Below are positions 59,990 to 64,000 of a stretch of DNA of 64,000 nucleotides, one piece after another. Below the pieces are notes generated by a model that saw only the letters and a list, made by a program, of their open reading frames with translations, had not been told where the DNA came from and made no database searches. The stretch comes from Mobula hypostoma (taxonomy: Eukaryota), in the NCBI RefSeq assembly GCF_963921235.1, contig NC_086097.1, positions 13,888,001-13,952,000 on the forward strand, in the 5' to 3' direction. The stretch's first letter is position 1, and each line of letters opens with the position of its first letter. A program made the position numbers and the translations under genes.

Positions 59990-60360
59990 ATTGGTAAGAT
60001 AGGCAGAGAAATGGCAGATGAGGTTTAATCATAAAATTGTTTGAGGGATCTGGGAATAAAGATCCGTAATTTCATGAAAGTGGCATTTTAGCTAGATAGG
60101 GTCGTAAAGGAAGCTTTTGGCACCTTGATCTTCATAAATCAAAGCATTGTGTACAGGAATTGGGATGTTACATTGAAGTTGGATAAGATGTTGGTGAGGT
60201 CTAATTTGGAGTATTGTATGCTGTTCTGGTTATCTACCTGTAGGAAAGATACTAATAAGATTGAAACAGTACAGAGAAAATTTACAATGATGTTGCAGGA
60301 ACTTAAAGAATTGAGTCGGAGGAAAAGTTTGAATAGGTTACGACTTATATTCTCTATAGG
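59990..60360 (+). mobile_element. CR1 RT fragment
   Basis: LVRSNLEYCMLFW...ETVQRKFT. Confidence 0.8.
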
Positions 60361-63155
60361 CAGAATCAGAATCAGGTTTATTATCACCAGCATGTGATAT
60401 GAAATTTGTTAACAGTAGCAGCAGTTCAATGCAATACATAATATAGAAGAAAAAATAAATAAAATAATAATAATAATAATAAATAAATCTTATTCAGTAT
60501 ACTTTATACAGTATACATATATTGAATAGATTAAAAATCGTTCGAAAAACAGAAATACTACATATTAAAAAAAAGTGAGGTAGTGTCCAAGGTTTCAATG
60601 TCCATGTAGTAATCGGATGGCAGAGGGGAAGAAGCTTTTATTGAATCGCTGAGTGTGTGCCTTCAGGCTTCTGTACCTCCTACCACTTAGTAACAGTGAG
60701 AAAAGGACATGCCCTGAGTGCTGGAAGTCCTTAACAATAGACGCTGCCTTTCTGAGACACCGCTCCTTAAAGTTGTCCTGGATACTTCGTAGGCTAGTAC
60801 CAAAGATGTAGCTGTCTAGATTTAAAGCCCTGTGTAGCTCTTTCGGTCCTGTGCAGTAGCACCGCACCTCCCCACCCCCAATACTAGACAGTAATGCAGT
60901 CTGTCAGAATGCTCCCCACGGTACATCTGTAGAAGTTTTTGAGTGTATTTGTTGACGTGCCAAATCTCTTCAAACTCCTAATGAAGTATAGCCGCTGCCT
61001 TGCCTTCTTTATAACTACATCGATATATTGGGATCAGGTTAGATCCTCAGAGATCTTGACACCCAGTAACTTGAAACTGCTCACTCTCTCCACTTTTGAT
61101 TCCTCTATGAGGATTGGTATGTGTTCCTTCGTCTTACCCTTCCTGAAGTCCACAATCAGCTCTTTCGTCTTACTGACATTGAGTGCCAGGTTGTTGCTGC
61201 GGCACCACTCCACTAGTTGGCATATCTCACTCCTGTACGCCCTCTCGTCACCACCTGAGATTCTACCAACAATGGTTGTATTGTCAGCAAACTTATCGAT
61301 AGTATTTGAGCTATGCCTAGCCACACAGTCACGGGTATAGAGAGAGTAGAGCAATGGGCTAAGCACACACCTCTGAGGTGCTCCAGTGTTGATCGTCAGC
61401 GGGAAGAAAATGTTGTCACCAATCCGCACAGATTGTGGTCTTCCGGTTAGGAAGTTGAGGATCCAATTGCAGAGGTCCAGAGACCCAGGTACTGCAACTT
61501 CTCAGTCAGGATTGTGGGAATGATGGCGTTAAATGCTGAGCTATAGTTGATGAACATCATCCTGACCTAGGTGTTTGTGTTGTCCAGGTGGTCTAAAGCC
61601 ACGTGAAGAGCCATTGAGATTGTATCTACCATCAATCTATTGTGGCGATAGGCAAATTGCAATGAGTCCAGGTCCTTGCTGACGCAAGAGTGCAGTCTGG
61701 TCATGACGAAACTCTCAAAGCATTTCATCACTGTAGATGTGAGTGCTACTGGGCGATACTCATTAAGGCAGCTCACATTATTCGTCTTAGGCACTGGTAT
61801 AATTGTTGTCTTTTTGAAGCAAGTGGGAACTTCCACCTGTAGCAGTGAGAGGTTGAAAATATCCTTGAATACTCCTGCCGTTGGTTGGCACAGGTTTTCA
61901 GAGCCTTACGAGGTACTCCATCACAACCTTCTGCCTTGCGAGGGTTCACTCTCTTTAAAGACAGCTTCACATCGGCCTCTGAGATAGAGATCACAGGGTC
62001 ATCAGGTGCAGCAGGGATCTTCACAGCTGTAGTTGTGTTCTTCCTTTCAAAGCGGGCATAGGAAGTGTTGCGTTCATCTGGTAGTGAAGCATCGCTGCCA
62101 TTCATGCTATTGGGTTTCACTGTTTAGGAAGTAATGTCTTGCAAGTCCTGCCAGAGTTGTTGGGCATCTGATGTCGCCTCCAACCTCATTTGAAATTGTC
62201 TATTCACCCTTGAAATAGCCCTTCGCAAATCACACCTGGTTTTCTGGTACAGGTCTGGATCGCCAGACTTGAATGCCACAGATCTAGCCTTCAGCAGACG
62301 ATGTACCTCCTGGTTCATCCACGGCTTTTGATTTGGGAATGTACAGTAAGTCTTTGTAGGCTCACACTCGTCCACACAGGTTTTAATGAAATTGGTAAAA
62401 ACTGCAGCATACTCATCCGGGTTTGAAGATGATCCCTGAATTCAGTCCAGTTCAACGATTCAAAGCAGTCCTGTAGGCGCTCCTGTGCTTCCCTTGTCAG
62501 CAGAATCTGCCTATACTGAGAGAGTTGAAGTACAGCCAGGTGATCAGACCTCCCGAAGTGAGGGTGTGGAATAGCACGATAGGCATTCTTGATGGTGTAG
62601 CAATGGTCCAGTGACAAGTGATCTGTTGATGGTAATTACTTGGTGATTTTTTCAAAGAGGCCTGGTTAAAGTCTCCCAAAACGATGGTAAAGGCGTTAGG
62701 ATGCGATGTTTCATGCAGGTTGATCCCATTGCTCAGATCATCTAAAGCCTGCTTGACATTGGCCTGAGGTGGAATATACATTGCTACCAAAAAGATCCAT
62801 GAGAACTCCCATGGTTGGTAAAAAGGGCAGCACTTAACTACTAGATATTCTAGGTCTGGTGAGCAGAATTGGGACAGCACTGATATATTTGTGCACCAAG
62901 AAGAGTTGATCATGAGGCATACTCCTCCACCTCTACTTTTGAGAGACTCTAGATCTATCCTGATGGTGTATAGTAAACCCGTCGATCTGAATCGCTGCAT
63001 CTGGTACAGAAGGGGTTAACCAGGATTCTGTGAAACAAAGGACACACGCGGTCCTAATGTCCTCTGATTCAGCACCCTTGCTCTGACATCATCGATTTTA
63101 TTCACCAGAGACTGTACTTTTGCCAACGAGATAGTCGGTATTGGGAGTTTAAAAC
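60361..63155 (-). mobile_element. Near-complete degraded Rex1/Babar LINE (APE endonuclease plus RT)
   Basis: RGGGVCL, YIPP, LGDFN and SDH (APE); [27 protein letters not shown] and KFADN (RT); (TCTGAT)n tail at 60361. Confidence 0.9.
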
Positions 63156-63159
63156 CTGT

Positions 63160-63858
63160 AATCAACTCCTGCCTCAACGAGAACCTGGACCCACTGCAAT
63201 TTGCCTATCACCACAATAAGTCTGTGGCAGATGCATCTCAATGGCTCTTCACACAGCCTTGGATCACCTGGACAATATAAACAGCCATGTCAGGATGCTG
63301 TTCATTGACTATAGTTCAGTGTTTAACACCTTCATTCCACAGTACTGATCAATAAGCTATGGAACCTGGTTCTCTGTACCTCCCTCTGCAAATGGATTCT
63401 TGACTTCCTAACTGGAAACCACAATCTGTGCGGATTGGTGATAGTGACTTCTCCTCACTGACAATCAACTTGGGGATGTGTGCTTAGCCTACTGCTCTAC
63501 TCTCTATATACCCATGACTGTGTGGCTAGGCAGAACTTAAATGCCATCTATAAATTTGCTGATTATACAACTATTGTTGGCTAAATCCCCCAATTTGCGA
63601 TTGTTGGAGACGAGAGGGCATTAAGGAGCAGAATATACCAGCTAGTTGAGTGGTGTTGCAGCAGCAATTTTGTCCTTAACATCAGAAAGACCAAAGAGCT
63701 GGTTGTGGATTTCAGGAAGGGTAAGATGAAGGATCACAAACCAATCCTCATAGAGGGATCAGAAGTGGAGAGAATGAGCAATTTCAAGTTCCTGGGTGTC
63801 AAGATCTCTGAGGATCTAACCTGGTTCTAACTTATAAATATAGCTATAAAGAACATTA
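63160..63858 (+). mobile_element. Rex1-like RT fragment in the opposite orientation
   Basis: [31 protein letters not shown] and KTKELVVDFRK. Confidence 0.85.
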
Positions 63859-63859
63859 C

Positions 63860-64000
63860 TTAAGAAGTAGGAGCAGGAGTAGGCCATCTAGCCCGTCGGG
63901 CCTGCTCCGCCATTCAATAAGATCATGGCTGATCTGACCGTGGATTCATCTCCACCTACCTGACTTTCCCCTATAATCCTTGATTCCCCTACTGTGCAAA
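63860..64000 (-). mobile_element. CR1 3' tail running off the window
   Basis: AGGAGCAGGAGTAGGCCATC...GATCATGGCTGATC. Confidence 0.8.

Overview
Repeat-dense vertebrate genomic DNA. The mix of CR1 LINEs, HE1/V-SINE-type tRNA SINEs, Rex1/Babar LINEs, Penelope-like elements (PLEs) and Tc1/mariner relics points to a cartilaginous fish, probably a ray (inference). I recognise no host protein-coding gene; the window looks like a gene desert or the inside of a large intron. Every ORF I can assign comes from a transposon. The longest is a 5'-truncated CR1 ORF2 (51581-53437, minus strand). The most notable structures are: (1) about 16 copies of a minimal hammerhead-ribozyme motif carried by PLE termini, one with an intact core at 48172-48209; (2) repeated inverted PLE insertions bounded by 10-15 bp target-site duplications (TSDs); (3) an R4/Dong-type retrotransposon with a restriction-like endonuclease next to a (TTA)n tract; (4) a palindromic mariner MITE built from transposase 3' ends; (5) several bipartite non-autonomous LINE derivatives. 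These are variants of known element classes. I do not see convincing evidence for a wholly new biological system. Boundaries of degraded repeats are approximate.
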